Positions 37,601 to 52,600 of a stretch of DNA of 64,000 bases are shown one piece after another (within the stretch, counting starts at the first letter, position 1; every line of letters starts with the position of its first letter). A program made the translations under genes and the position numbers. The notes under the pieces are model-generated. The model searched no databases. It worked only from the letters and a program-made list of their open reading frames with translations, and had not been told where the DNA came from. Source of the stretch: Ascidiella aspersa (Eukaryota); contig OZ004611.1 in assembly GCA_963924565.1 (NCBI GenBank), forward strand, positions 27,218,001-27,282,000, read 5' to 3'.

Positions 37601-40600
37601 AATCAGAAACTAGTTTTTCCTCTTTGTGACCAAAAACTGCGAGAATTTACCATTGAATCTCTGAATTTTATAGGGATTACGCTTCTATTGCCTCTTAATC
37701 TATTTATAACAAAAATGATAGTTAAAGTTCCCTAGTTACAGCAATTTTCAAACTCGGCTTAGTAGGTTAACTGCTTCTAGGTTAACGACCCGGTTGCGAT
37801 GCCCTTGTAAATTCATATCCACTTTGCGTATACTACCAGCACATTTAGAGGTAGAAGTTTCATCTAACGGTTGTTTTTATGTGACAACAGGAATGTGTTT
37901 GTTGGACAAAGGAATGGCATATCGCTTTGAATGGCGATTAGTGTTACACGACCTATTAGCCTCGTAAACGTTGGGTCGTCGGTTCGTATTAGAGAGCATT
38001 ACAATCGGGTTTAGGAGAACACCTCCCTTTATCACATTGACTTGGGTTGACCTTGCATTCTGCCCGATTCACTTTCTCAATTCGTTTTAACGAGTCGGTA
38101 AGCGCACCGCAGACAAAGCAGTAGAAGCTTCTTGCAGAAATCGCCGAATTATCCGATTATCGCGGCGCCAAAGTCCTATCAAACAAAGCTTAACGCAAAC
38201 AATGCGACTCCGTGCGCGCGCCATAATTTCGAACGTCAACAACAACCGCAACCTGATAAAACGGATCATCCCGGTTTTTAGAGTTTGACCGCTCGTGTTT
38301 TAACGTAAAAGCCACGCGTAAGTTTGTGATCTTTTGTCGAAGCTTGCAGCATTTCTACGGAGCTTTAGCAATCCTGAAAAGTGTCCCGGTATGCCTGATG
38401 CATTCGGTACCGGTTTTGAGACTGTACTGACATAGATTTACGTCAGCAGTACTGTTTTTTTCTTGGATAAATGCGGCCTAGGAAGTTACTGAAACAAGCG
38501 CTGTTATAGAAGTGGTGCTTTTGTGGTTGGGTAATTTTCCTCACAAGTATTTGAGTTATTTCTTAATATCAATTAAAGTTGTGTTTATGAGGTTATTTGT
38601 AAGAGAATTTTTGCTGTTTAACATTGTCAAACTGCATCAGCACTAAGCAGTTATGCATCTACAACATTCGCTTTACTTCTTTTGTTTCTAGCCCCAGTTA
38701 ATGTTTCGTACGACAGCAAAAATCAATTTTCCATTGCCACACCATAAGGTGCTCCTAATGCAGAAGCGCAAAGGCTTTGTTTTTAATTTACGTATAGAAC
38801 ATCGCTGCCTTACAATATGAATCGCGCACGTCCAAGGGATTACAACCATATGTCAACGTTACGTCTTAAGACAAGTGTCCGCTTTTTTATGGACCTTTCA
38901 AAAGTAGCTAAATTGGTTTGAACATCATTCATTTGTGCTATTTAGAACTTTTTTCTTATTAATGTTTAAAACATGATCTTTGGAGATGTTTTTGAAAAAG
39001 AAGAAGGGAACAATCTTTTTTATACAAAAAGTAGATAGGTTTCTTGATAGGTTAAATCAACCGATTTAAATTCGTCCAATATATATTATTTTTTACCCTA
39101 ATTTTGTGTCATTTTCGCGCCTAAGCCAAACAGGGTAGCTCAGTCGGCTTTGAAGTGGCCATGTAAATTGGCCTATTGATAAGTTCTCAAGTGGCCCATT
39201 TGCGCCGAGGCGACTAGACCCTCTTGTATCAACATTGAGATGCTCCGTTGGCGCAGATTTCCTCTGTTATCACGGATGTGTAAAGCAAAGAGATCGCGTC
39301 TGCTGATGGGGTGTGATGTAACAACCAACACAGCACACATGTGAATGTCACATGGCGCAACATTTAAAACGGCGCCACTTTTACTTAGCTACAATGTAAA
39401 TGAGTGTGTTCAAGTTTGTCGAACTAAAAAAGGAAAATTTTGCCGTCAAACTACTTTAAAATGCATCTTATTTTACAATGCAAAGCAGTTTAGTTCAATC
39501 TTATTATACGACACTGCAAATTGTAACTACTTTAAACACAGACTTGCATGCTTGCCTGCATGATTTTTTGTTACACATCCAGGTTATTTTCTAGAGTTAT
39601 AAAAATCCCCGAAACACTCGTAAATCTGTAGGAAGCAACATCATACAGTACAAAAATCACTCGTGTAAAATGTCATCACATCTTTGTCAAACTCACATTT
39701 ACTACTATCACGTCACTATACTAGCAGTGACATGGTCTTTTACGTACATGTCGTTACTCATAAATAAAATCAGTTTGAACTCTTGATTCGTCACCATATG
39801 CCGTAATCTTTATTTTTCGCTAAGCTGCCTTTTCAAGGGCCTGGTATAGCATTATAGAAATACGCGTCTGCTGTCTGCGTCTCGCTACTAAGGCGAGTAG
39901 TGCTTTTTCCAGGCGTGTGTTTCGCCAAATGCCCAGTCACGCTTGCAGTGGGTTGCTGTTGATTCAGTTAAACTCGAGTCTCGCGTAGGTTCAAAGTTGC
40001 TTGACTGAATCACATTGGTCACGAACCCAATTCAACCCGGTTAAACGGTGATTTGTTTTTGACCAAAATCTTGTTTGCGTACACAACGTTCGACAAATAG
40101 CCGTCACCCTCTCGTGATTAACTCTATTTGTCTCGGTCAGAATGATCCGCGTTTTTGAGAGGGCCTATTTGCAAGGTTGAACTTGGAAAAACCTGCAATT
40201 TATTTTTTGAATGATTGAGCGCTTGTAGTAATGTAGTAAACACGACTTAGCTGTAATCTGGTTTTGAATTCCACATGTCACCCCATGAGGGGCCACCCCA
40301 CAATTTTTTATGCGGATTTGTTTTTGGATATAAGTCTGCCAAGGGGCTTTACCCTAACCCCAAAGCTCATTTTACGCTTTTACAATCATCTTTGCGGTAA
40401 GGAAAGTCCCAGCAGTAGCAATTCAGCAATGCGTAAGAAACAGAAACGGATTTCCACATTTGAAAGCAAAATAACACTGTATATCCAGTCAAGAATAAAA
40501 ATTGGACCTTCATTACTTTGTATAACCTATGTCACCTGGGAAAGTTGAAAAAAGGTATTTTATGTCTTGATACAGCCCTGTGCCGATCTTGTTTATGCGA

Positions 40601-43600
40601 CAACACGAAACACTGGTTCTGCAGGTAGTGCATTCATATCTCCTGCTGTATTCGTGCTATTTATTATGCATGAAATCCCCAATCGTCCACGGACGCCTTA
40701 TCGTAAATGCAATCGCTGATCGGAGGACCCTTGTAGCGATTTGTATTCCGCCAGATGCGGCCTGAGATATATTCAACCTTGGTTAGAATATGCAACGTAG
40801 GCTAATTTCACGCCTGTTAACAACGTACCCACCAAGTATGATGAATCTTTTCTGGCCTAACTATAGGAATGATCAAGCGAGAGATAAGCGGACGTCCGTA
40901 TCGAAAATGCGTTCTTATTGAGATTTGTAACGTTATGTAATATACAGGTTGGCAACCGTATTTGGTGGATTACATTTGATTCGTTGAGGCACGGCTCTGC
41001 GAAAGCTTGTCAATATTAAATTGTTTTTTTTTTTGTTTGATTTTTTATTGGCACCTGTTTTTTCTGTTGGTTGTACTTTGTTGTTACTTGTTTCATGAAT
41101 CATAACTTCCATTAAAATTGTAACTTTGCTTAAATCGGCATCGTTTATATGCTGTCTTTGGAGTTGTGACCTTGTTTTGATTATTTACAGTTTCAATGTT
41201 CTTAGAACTTTCTACATCGTCCATAAGCTGAGTTTAGGCGACGTTTCGAATTGTATATTTCAAAATTGCCTGGTCCAACTTTTTTCCGGCATATTTTAGA
41301 GGTGCCCGAGTTCAATCGAGAAATGCGCGCAAAACAACTTGGTCTCTCGTCGTTACAAGTAAAGCCACGGCGTTCTTCTCGCCAATAAGCGACCCTACGA
41401 ATCCCGGTCGGTCCAAGCACCTTCCTTGGCGGTCAACGGTGTTTTGCCTGTCCACAGCAAAGCGTACACAAGACACGCTCTACACGGCACCTGTGACATT
41501 TCGCCTGCGTTCCTACGGCTTTCTGCAATCCGATTAAGCTGCGGCTGCGGCGGCGTTCCATCTATTCTGGCCGCCTGATGCATATACGCGGCCACGATTA
41601 ATGCCTGCAAGCTCTCCCATCTCGGCTGAACGTCAACGTCGCCGCAACTGTACATATTGCCTCGACAGGAGTTGGATTAAGCCGCGCTATGACTCAACCA
41701 AGTCGTCAGTTTAATATCAATCACTTTTCGCCACTGTGCCCACCTACAGTTGTATGTTGTATGGACACGCAATTCTTTTTTTTGTTGTTCAACTCGGGAA
41801 CATTGCCAAAAATGCTCTAAAACGGCCAATGGGCAGGTAGAATTCCTCGCTATGTCACCTCAAGTCTAAGAACTCGAATATGTATGGTAGAATTCAACGT
41901 CTACACAAGTATGTCATTCGTGGTCAAGTTTTTGTCATATTTAAGAACTACTACGGTTTATTACACAACCAAACGAAAATATATGCCTTCTTTATTTTGA
42001 ATTTACCCCGGTGTTAAGACGAAGACTGAATATGACACTTGTACAGAAGTAGGAGAAGCGTTTTCCAAACGTTTCGATTAATTTCTAAATCAATTTTCAC
42101 CTTAATTTGCTTTCTGCAAGTTTTTAGGCGTTTAAATTTGTAAAAGAAACTACACGATCTTTATGCAGAAAAAGCGCTATCTCACCAGCCGTATATTTTG
42201 AGCGGAATTTCCACCCGCATTGCGCTATAAGGTTGCGGTGCGTCCGATGTCAATCCAGGTTATTTCAGCCGTTTCTATGTGGTTTGGCTGCTCCGGGACA
42301 CGGCCTTATCGTCTGACCTAAGCTTAAAAAGACGCAAAGGCATTTAAGATCGGCGGCGTTTGAAGAAAACGCCGCAATCGTGACTCTATCGTATAACTCG
42401 CACTTGTTGCGAAAGCAAACTTAAGCGTTTTAAGTGGCTCAGCATGGATTTGCGCTTTTCGGCTGCCTGAAAGTTTGTTGTGTCGACTTCGGCCATGGGC
42501 CACTTGAAAACGATCCGAAGGCTGGCGAATGGTTCCACAAGATTATGCCTCCACGTTCATCTTTCACGTTCAACCGCTGTCATAGCCGCTAAAAACTGTA
42601 TGTTTGTAATATTTTTTGTATTGTGCACTGTGCAGTTATACACCCAAACCGAGATGTACATTGTTTACATTGTGGCAACCAAGAAAAATTTCGGGTAAAA
42701 ATTGTTTTGAGGTTCATATCTTGCCAACCTGTTTGTAAAGACTTCCGAGGGATATTTTTGTCGTGTCCAAAGTCGTATTAATTTGAAACACAAAGCACGG
42801 GCTTTTTGTGTAATCTTAATAACGAAGTCAATTTTTTCTATAAAATTTGTTTTTCCCATTAAATATTTATCGCAATTGCTTGTGCCGTCACCACTGTAAA
42901 CAATATCACTCAGATCTTTAGTTGTCAAAACGCGATGGATTTTATCGAATTCTACCGCTTTGTATTTTTCATCGGGTCGTTTGCCTACGAAAGCTCTCGT
43001 AAGCACGGGAAGAATTCCTGGCGCTTTAGAAATTCTTGCTCGTTCGTCGTCGCGATTATAGTCGTGTGTGTGTTACCCCATTTCAATCGCGCTCAACCCA
43101 TTTTACATGGGTCACAATGAAATTGGAAGGACGGAGCCGCGCCCCGGACAAAGACGCACCGGATCTGCTTCGGTTGATCGTTATTCATTAGGCCCGAAAA
43201 TAATCTGCTCTCTATTCGGCCTAAAAGCGAAAATTACTTTCACCCGACTATGTGTTACGGAAGTGTAGCACGGCAACACCGTTCCGTCGTTGGATTTCCC
43301 TAGTATGCGCCTTCTTTCAAATGGTAAAATTCACCTTTCCCATGTTGCGAACAATTGATTTTGAAAATACTCCAGTTCCAGTCAAGTTCTTTGCGAAACA
43401 ACTTAAGCCCAATTCAAGTCATTGTGATTAAAAATAAATACAAACTTATTTGGAAGAAAACACAAAAAAGAGTCTGATAAAAAAAAACAGTAAATTAAAT
43501 GCACAAAATCAAGTCATTAAGTGCACCACTGTATAATCAACAATAGTCTACAAATTTTTATAAAAGTGGATGGATTACAAAATGTGTACTATTTCCAAAA

Positions 43601-46600
43601 AAAACATAATGTTTCACGTATTTTGTTCCAACTCTAAAAATCGTTTTTTTATGCGCGAAAGCCTTTTTGCGTTTGCGGGTATCTCCCTGTTTTAGAGCCT
43701 CTATCTCGGGAATTTTGACGCAAATTGCACCACTATTGCTCGCAAGCCATCGAGATGGCACGCCGACAAGTTGATCAAACAAAAACAAAAGGCGACTGTC
43801 CGATGCGTTTCCACTTATATGCCACGACGCTGGAAAGTCAACATTGTCTCGACTGAAGGGCCCCATTCTGTCCCCAGTCAGGTCGTTTTGGAAACGTTAA
43901 TCCCTTAACCACCGCTAAGTGGATTATCCCTTCATTGGACGAAATGGAAGCCGCTGTTTGCTAGTCTTAGTTTTCGCATTGGATTATTATTTTTGTTTTT
44001 CAACCGATACCCAGATGTAACCAGACATGCCCGATAGGATACCGATAATCGTTTTTTTGGCAATAAACCTTTTTCATGTACTTTTCCATTATTTTTGCAT
44101 AAGTGTTTGAAAGCATAGTCAATAGTCATCTTCGTTTCTGTATTTGCCATTTTGTGCGAAAATTGTTTTTTAAGATACTAAAAATTGCACACACTACTAA
44201 AAAATGATATTAAAAATGGCACACTTTATCATATAAATAATATCGGACGATTACCGATACTACCACTTGGTATTGGGTCTAGGCGAGTAAATCCGTCACC
44301 CTGTGTTTTAACAGCTGTGATTTTGATTTTGAAGTTCCAGTCATGGTGCTTCGCAATTTACTTCTTTCGAGTTATACTATTTTGTTTTCGAGCTATACTC
44401 TTATTCGCTATAACTATCATTCAAAAATACATTTGTTTGCAACACTTTAAAAGCATTTGATCTTGTCCGGTGAATTGGCTCACCTAGTGTCTATACGAGT
44501 GTTGGTATTGGAAAGCTGCTTTTTATCACCTCAGGTAAACACTAAGTAGGATAACACTTACACAATTTCCACCCCCGCGTCTCCTAACTTGGTAACAGGT
44601 CGCTATAAAAAGGTGCCGACGTAGACGGGACAGATATGCCGGTCAAACACCCCTTCGGTAGACTGAGGTAGCGGAGCAAACATAAGCGAAATCAGCCTAT
44701 CAGAGCCAGCAAAGGGGGTGTCGGCATTTGCGTTTCAACGGCGGTTTAAACACTCTCCCAGCAAGGTGATAAGGCTGGAGTAATGTGCACACAAACAGCT
44801 CGTTTGTACGGCATGGCGTGTAAACAACGGTGTCTGGCGCGCTGTGTGGAGCTTTAAATCTAAAGTGTTGTGTCTTCGGTGTGTTTTTCGTATTCAGCCT
44901 GCAACGATTGCGGCACTTTATTCAATTTGTACGCCTGGGCTGAACCTTCCTGTGAGAAAGGCGTCGTTGACGTGTGAAGCATCTGAAAAGCTGAAATACG
45001 TGTCCCAATGAAAGATTTTGTGTCTGCTATTGCACTTGCAACGTAGCCGAAGTGTATTCATTTAAAAGCAATAAAATTTCAAGTTGCAACAATTGGCAAT
45101 TGCTGATGTACGAGTGCTTGCACAAAGCCGCCATAAGTTTACCTAAAGTTTGGTGCAGTAAAATGAATCTTGGTGGCATTAAAATTCTCCCCAACGAAGG
45201 TGTATCTATATCAATGGTTGAGGTACAGAATTCTGTACTACAGATATTTCAAACCTCTTCTTAAACAATGCTGGTAATTCTGATAAGATTTTTTTAGGAT
45301 TTCATGCAGTCTTAAGGGTACAAGCAGCAGACAACACCAGCTATAGGTGATTAATCGCCTCTTTAATCTCTCCAGCAAAGCAAGTACGTAAATACACAGA
45401 TGCAATCTCGCCGCCCAAAAACATCCACCGAAGACGCTTCATATCCCGAAAAAAAACCGCTAAAGTCGTAGAAAGCGCGCGCTCATGGTCTACCGGAGGA
45501 ACGCACGACTTTGGCGTGTATTGCGCCGCTTATAATGCCTCGAGGCTTGCGCGGCAGCCCGCCGGAGTTACGGCTATATCCGCCCTTGACAAAATACCGC
45601 GATGACGCACCTAATTTGCGCGCTGGCCTTTTTTGCTGCGTTCTTTACGCGTTCCGTAGTCAGGTTTGGTCGTGGCTTGATAATATGTGTTCAACTTCTC
45701 CTTTTTTATTTGGTAAGTGAGTAGCCATCAAAAGGGATACCTTCCGTCACCGAGTGAGTTGATTATAGGGTTTATTTTATCAAAACCTTACGTACATTTT
45801 TATGTGTCTTGGTGTTTATAGGAAAAGTTTCTCAGTCATTAAATCTTCCAAACAAAGTATTCAAGGATATAGCATGGCATTATAGGTATTTTTATTCGAT
45901 TGCCGTCCGTTCCAGCAATCATTGATCAAACACCAACGTCACTTTCTGCGCAAATGCTTGAACAGCACAATTCCGGTTCGAACCGGTTTCCAGGTTTGAG
46001 CTCGGCTTGAAAAGTAACGACCGGACAAGTGCCGGCGACGGCCTATTGACAAGCGAGAGCTTTAAGTCGTTCACGATCGTTGGTCCAACTGCGGCGCCGT
46101 GTTGTATACACACCGGGAGACTGGCTTCTTTGCCTGGGCGCTCATGATTTACGACAGGCTAATCCCGAGTTCAACTACCTGTTATCTGTAAGCTCTGTTG
46201 TTTATGCAGTGAAAACAAGTGACTTCGAAAGAAATCATCGAAATAAATTGGGAAGTCGTAAAATGTACTCCCTACAGATTGTTGAAAGTTTTGTGCCATA
46301 GCGTGTAGCCGTATTAACACTTTGCGCAGCCTTTTTATTTTTTTTCTCTATATAATAAAGAGGCGCAGCATTTTAACTTTCACTTTGAAAAGAAAGCACA
46401 TGCTTTTTTAAATACCATTGTCATTGCTGGACACATTTTGCCTGTATGGAAAGCATTATACAACGTGAAAAAACGTCGAGCCATTTTGCGGTCAAGATAA
46501 TCCCCTTCGAAATAGAAAGTCCTCTTACTTAACGTTAACCACTCGCAAATGTGAAAGCAAGCGCGATTTACAAAACCGTTGTCGCCGGATTTTTCCGAAG

Positions 46601-49600
46601 CTCGGATTATCCTAGACTCGCTGTTTCACCGCGAGTTCTTAAGCACAACGAACTCCAAATACTCTATGTTCGTGCTCGATTCAAAGGACGCTTACCTACC
46701 GAGACCCTTAACGTAGGCCGCCTTGTGGTGTGTACGACAGGTGCACAGGTACTTGAAGTTGTTGTGACGCTTTTGTGGATTTTCGGGCGCTTTTCGAAGT
46801 GTAAAGTTGCCTTTCGCTAGCTGTAGGGATTCTAATGCGATTAGAAGCGGCTTTTTGCCAGACCAACCGCCACCTTTATGACGTCACAGTGCGCGGTACG
46901 TCACACTGTGCGGGATTATGGCGTCAAAAGTTGCGTGTCGTTGTAGGGTATCATCGTTTTAAACCTACTTAAACTTACCTCTCTCATTTAACTTATGCCA
47001 ATCAAAGGTGAAACGCAAATATTCAGCCTGGGCCTAATTGTTAAGCCACACTTCTGATGTATGCGGCATTGTTTGAAAATCTGTGACACTGACAAGGATT
47101 TGTTGATTGTTTTAAACGATATTATTATCCTTGTTACCGAATTCGACTTGAAATTAGCATCTGTTCACGCCACGTTTGTACATAACAACTTGTTTTCAAA
47201 TAAATTAACCGCGCAGCCGAATGCTACTCTTAATTAGCTATTGTTTACCCCGCATTTGCACAAAACTATTACGTTTTGAATTTAAACCCTTGAGTCTTTT
47301 GTTGGTCCAAAAATAACCGCGTTTCTCCTATATGGTTCTAATTACCAGCCATAAGAGACCTTGTTGTTTTTCGAATTTGAACTCTCTTCATAAAGATTGC
47401 CAAGTTCTCGTTTTCAATTGTGCCTGACTTCGCCATAGTACGCGCATTTGGCATTGGGACTAGGCCGTTCGCGCCAACATGCCTTTCAATGGTGAATAGC
47501 CGAACGACAAAACAGCGTAAAATTGCCGTTCAAGTTCCGCGAAGCGTGTCAGAGCTGCTCCCGTTCGGAAAGTGACCCTATGTGTCTCGACGACGTTTCT
47601 GTGCTGTAAACAACCGATATTCCCTGGAGGCGTTGATGTGTTTTTGACGCCAGTGTGCCCTGATGGTTGCAAGATGCACTATTTTAAACCTGTTTTGCTT
47701 GAATTGCTTAATCTGTAGCGTTGATGATTCATGAACAGTACTCTGTGTCGAAGCTGATTTCTATGTCACAATAAAGATCATGTATAACAGATTACAGCAT
47801 ACTGGGAAAATTTCCCTAATTGTTTATAAGCGACAAATGTGCTTAATACTGATTTGTAAAACCTTTAAACCATTATATTGTATATGTAACAGTTCGGATG
47901 GTCATACGTTAAAATTCTTCTTTTTGCAGTAATATGCCTAAATTTTATCACAAAAAAGGGCTGCCATTCGCTTTATAGGTTGTAGCATATTACTACACTC
48001 AAGGGTGAAATAATTGTAAAAGCCAATAAATGGCGTAGAAAGGCCTTTCCATTTTTCATTGATTTACAACTTTGCTATTACCTCATTTTACCCGTTTAAA
48101 AGTGCGCAATTATCTTTTCCCTTTCTATCCACCGTTGTGCTGTTTTCCCCTGAATGTGTATTCACGGGCGCTGTGAAACAACAACCCTTCTCCTATTCAC
48201 GGGCATTTTCTTCAACCCGCGACCCGCAGTTACCAGTTGCGCAGTCAATGGGCTTTAAATTACCGGATTACACCATCGACAAACGAACGGACGCCTGGCA
48301 ATTCGACGAATAGCTAGCATCTCACGTAATCCGTTAACACCCTTGTTCCCAGCGAATTAGACTGATATTGGCCTGGGAGACGTCTCGGTGGTTCGGTGTG
48401 AAAACGTCGCTTCGCAGATCGCGTTACTGAACGTTTCAATGGGCTCTGGGCACCAGTAGATGCTGCCGGTTATGATAGGCTGGGATTAGGAATGGTGTAT
48501 TCGACTGATTGGGGTATGCGGATAGAGACGTAAACACGTATGTCTGGAATGTGATCCAGGATAACCTTTAATGGGTTGTGGTTTGGGAAATAGACACTTG
48601 GATAGAATAAACAGACATTGATATAAGCATCGTTTTATACATATGTTTCGCTTTGATCTACCTGTCTTGGGCTGGAAGCACCACACACTTGCAACGGAAA
48701 AAAGGTCGATAATTTTGCTATGTGTCGTTTTTAGTTTAAAGAATTTTACATAGAAGTACACTTCAAAACCTTTGGATCTACTATTGTAATACATAGATTC
48801 ACTATTTGTTTAAACGCTGATAGGTTATTCATCATCAAATGCAGAGTATAATATGCCAACATATGACTATCGTCAATGTATAGAGGCAACGTCCATGCCA
48901 TTTAAAAAAAATGCATTGCTCTTACGAGTAACCTTGCACTTCTGTTATTGCACATCCAGAGATGCGAAAAGTGATACGTGTTTTCCAGGAAACACTCCAA
49001 CAACTGCAAGGCACTGTTTCCTTTCTAAACTAGTCACAAGCATGATTTCAACCCGAGTGACTCTGTTTGCGGCTGCTTTTCACCAGAAACCTCGTGGTTG
49101 AAACCCAACAAAAGACAGCCCCGCTTGCGGCCGCCGACCCCCTTGAACCCCTCTTGACCCCCCTGTTTACGTTTTTGATTTGGACGCACAGAACGACGCC
49201 ACCATTGCCGAACTCTCGTTTTGCTTATAACTTTTCGCCCGAAACAATAACATGTCGCGCCGTTCGACACAATGCGACAAGCGGTGCGGCTGCACGCGAC
49301 ACGCCACGTTATCGTCGCGAAAACGAAATTGTTTGTTTGGCCACCGGCAAGCAACCTAGTTAGGAACGTGAACTACAATACCAACCGTGAAATTTGTCCA
49401 ATTTCTCTTATGTTTTCAAGCCGAGCAACGCTCAAAACATTTTTTGTGTTTGATGGCATATTAATGCCTCGTTTGTTTCGTGACATTATGTAAATGTGTT
49501 ACTATGTCGTCAAACAGTATGTCGTCAAACATAAGATATTACAAAACTTCACGGAAAAGTATGTGTTTATCAGAAACTAGATAATTGGAGCGAATTTTAA

Positions 49601-52600
49601 TTAAAAAACAATGATTTTAAGTAAAAATGTTTTAGGGTGTCTATGGAAGCTTTCATAACTTTAGGTTTTAGGGTGCTGAATTTAAAATTATTGTTCATTT
49701 TACAAACAACGTCTCAACAATTTAGGTTTGTATACGCTTCGGACGTTCAACAAGTGAAACTGATTCACAGCTGAATGTGTGAAACAACATAAAAAGCACC
49801 GAGCCCTCGTTATTTCCCACGGACGGCGTATTTACCGTTACATAACTCTCGCGCTTCGGCGACGACGACCTATAACTTAGCGCCTCGTCGCGACATTGTG
49901 ACGTAAGACAATAGGCAGCGCGCGGCGCGCCACGCCACGCCGTCCGACGTCTCTCTCGGCGTGGCGCGACAATCGAATACCCGATAGCAAAAATAGCCAA
50001 CGAACCTTTTTATTATAAGCATGTCTGATACTTGTATTTTTCATTTAATAGCGATGCCCGATCTTTTGGACAAAAATGGTCGCTATCCGATTTATAATCA
50101 GTTTTTCTGCGAATAGAAATTTAAAATAAATGCTAATTGGCCAGGACGTGAGCTGCGTTGAGATTCGACGTCGTTGTTCGTCGTCCTGTTTGCAAAACTT
50201 GTGTATACAGAAACCGGTCCACTGCATACGACTGCCCTTCGCATGTTTAACAAGCGAAGGTAAATTCACGCCCGTTCACTTTTGCTTGTTCTGCATTTAT
50301 TACCAAATGTACTATGCTCAAACAAACAAAATATATTAAATTGCGTCGTTTTTTCAGGTCATCAGGCCATAATTTGCTTCAGTTTAGTTAACTTAATGTC
50401 TTAACTAATTATTTTTTGGTTAAAATTACCCTTTAAGATCGAATTGCTGATTTTGATCGAAACACGCGACTGAAATGCACCGATAGCACCCTAGTATCGA
50501 ACGAGTCCGGATAGTGTACCACTTGGCACATGTTATCGGCTTCGATAATATCGAACATTCATGTTATGGAAGTAGAAGTCACTGCTGTTACTGCATTTAG
50601 CCATCCAAGCCTTAGCACTAATCCGCTTTACGTGTTCCGCAGCGTTGTAAACACAGCGAGAATCGTGCAGGCCGCCTTTGCAAGTTTGCAAGGCTTTTGG
50701 CGAGTGCTTACAAATGTGTTTTAAAGCCTTGTTGTCGTCTGCGACCGATTAGCGTGCTTCGATTCTGGAATCTGCTGTTATTCGTTGGCGAGCTTGACGA
50801 AAAGTCGTGAACGCGCTGAAACTTTGATCAAGGCGTTGTTTTTTCGTGCAAGAAGCTCGGTTTTTCTGCAAACTGCAAAACTTGATTTGTTTGCGGCGAA
50901 ATGGGTGTTATGCATTGTTTTCCTGTGTAAAATGCGTTTTCGGCAAAACGCTCAAGGCGACTGTATCCGATTTTAGCGGAAATTCGAATTTATAAGCTAA
51001 GTACCGTTGTTCGACCTTGTTTTACATAAATTCGGAATGCACTAGTTTGCACTAAAACACGATTTAAAAATTTGGTGAACGATAAAAATTGCGTAACCTG
51101 CAAAATTTCATATTTCAGTGTTGAAAACATTGAGAAACAATTTCATATTGACAACTTTATATCGGGAAGCACCGCTTTTCCAAAATCATATCGCATCGTT
51201 TCCAAAAACATCCACACAACAGAGGCCAGCAACCTTTGGGTTCGGCTTACTTTCTTAATCGCAATCCTTCAATTCTTCCGGCCGAGACGCGGCATATCTG
51301 GACTTCGGCGATCGCCAACAATAGTTGCAGATTGGCAAATCGCTCCAAAGTCGGCGACAGAAACAATATTTTTCCTTGCCCGGATTGTAGCTGTAATGCG
51401 ACGCCTAACAGACGAGCTCATATCGACTTACAAAGGCGAGCTTGTCATAACACAGTGCTACCGCGGATGCGAAAACGCAGCGGCCAAAAGCTCGTCCCGC
51501 GCCGGGTTAGAAGGGTCAGTGGAATCGCTGACTTTGTAGCCTTACTCTGATAAAGGCGCGTGTTATTTTTTGACCAATGGCGCCGGTGTATTGTGGACGC
51601 TTATCCTGTACTACAGTGTTCATCGTTCTCGCTTTTTTTTTAGCTCGTCTGTTTACTTGTGATTAATCTTCAAAAATTCGACCGCCTTTTATTCTTTGCC
51701 AAAGCCGTCACGCTATTTTTGTTCCTGTAAAGTAAACTAAGATCAATAAAGAGCTAAAATACTTGTATTTTGCCGATACTTGTCACATTAGCTTTTCTAA
51801 AAATTGGTGGAGGTGCCTTAAACTGGTGCTTTGAGTTTCATTAATCTTCCCCACCCCTATTTACACCCATAAACGTTAGCTTTTACTACATTTCTCTCAG
51901 AAGATACCATGACATTGTTAGTCAATTAACTTCAAACTTCGGTCGAGTTAAAATCCTGAAAATCCCGGAAACAGTTTTGTTGCTTCTAACGTAGAAAAAC
52001 CACCATTGCTTTTTATTGGCGACGAGGCGGTTATTTCGGAAACGTCTGTGTTTTCGTTTCGCGGGGAATTTTGTCGATATCCGAACTATTGTGAAAAGGA
52101 AACAGCCACTTATATGGTTGTCATAATTCGGCTTTTAGCTCGCGACGAAAATATACTTTGTTGGTTAAACAAGGAATAAAAGGCACTTCAAATTTCTCGA
52201 TTTTCGTATGTTTTGCGTTTTTGTATCTTGTTTTTGAAAGGTGCCATGAATTGAAGCTGATTTGTTAAATTACGATCTTAACGTACTCTGAAAATTATGC
52301 AACGTTACTTTATAATTGAAAAATTAATGCACAAGCGGTGACAAGCCCAAACATTACCTTGTAGCACTGTATATATTTATCCAATGAAACATTAAATGTC
52401 GATATTATCGATCGATGAGATGCATTTTACCCTGTTATTGATTGCTGTGTGTTTTACAAATCAACACAAGTATTTTTACCGCCAAACGTCTAGTGATACA
52501 CTACACTATGCCTGGTAGCAACATCATTTTTTATTGATTACAAATGTCTAGTGGTAAGACGGAATCCCTGACACATACCAGCGCGGGTAATTTTTTTCAA

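Noticed and set aside
42665-43006. 113-aa minus-strand ORF with somewhat protein-like composition
   Set aside because: No recognisable family or partner exons. A BLASTp search would settle it.
45664-45712. Exon-like segment with a strong G|gtaagt donor inside the chimaerin intron
   Set aside because: Length and phase are incompatible with the phase-0 junction to the SH2 exon; no homology.
51072-51539. 155-aa ORF (likewise 55828-56310 and 58763-59197)
   Set aside because: Intronic, non-ATG starts, no motifs; consistent with chance ORFs.
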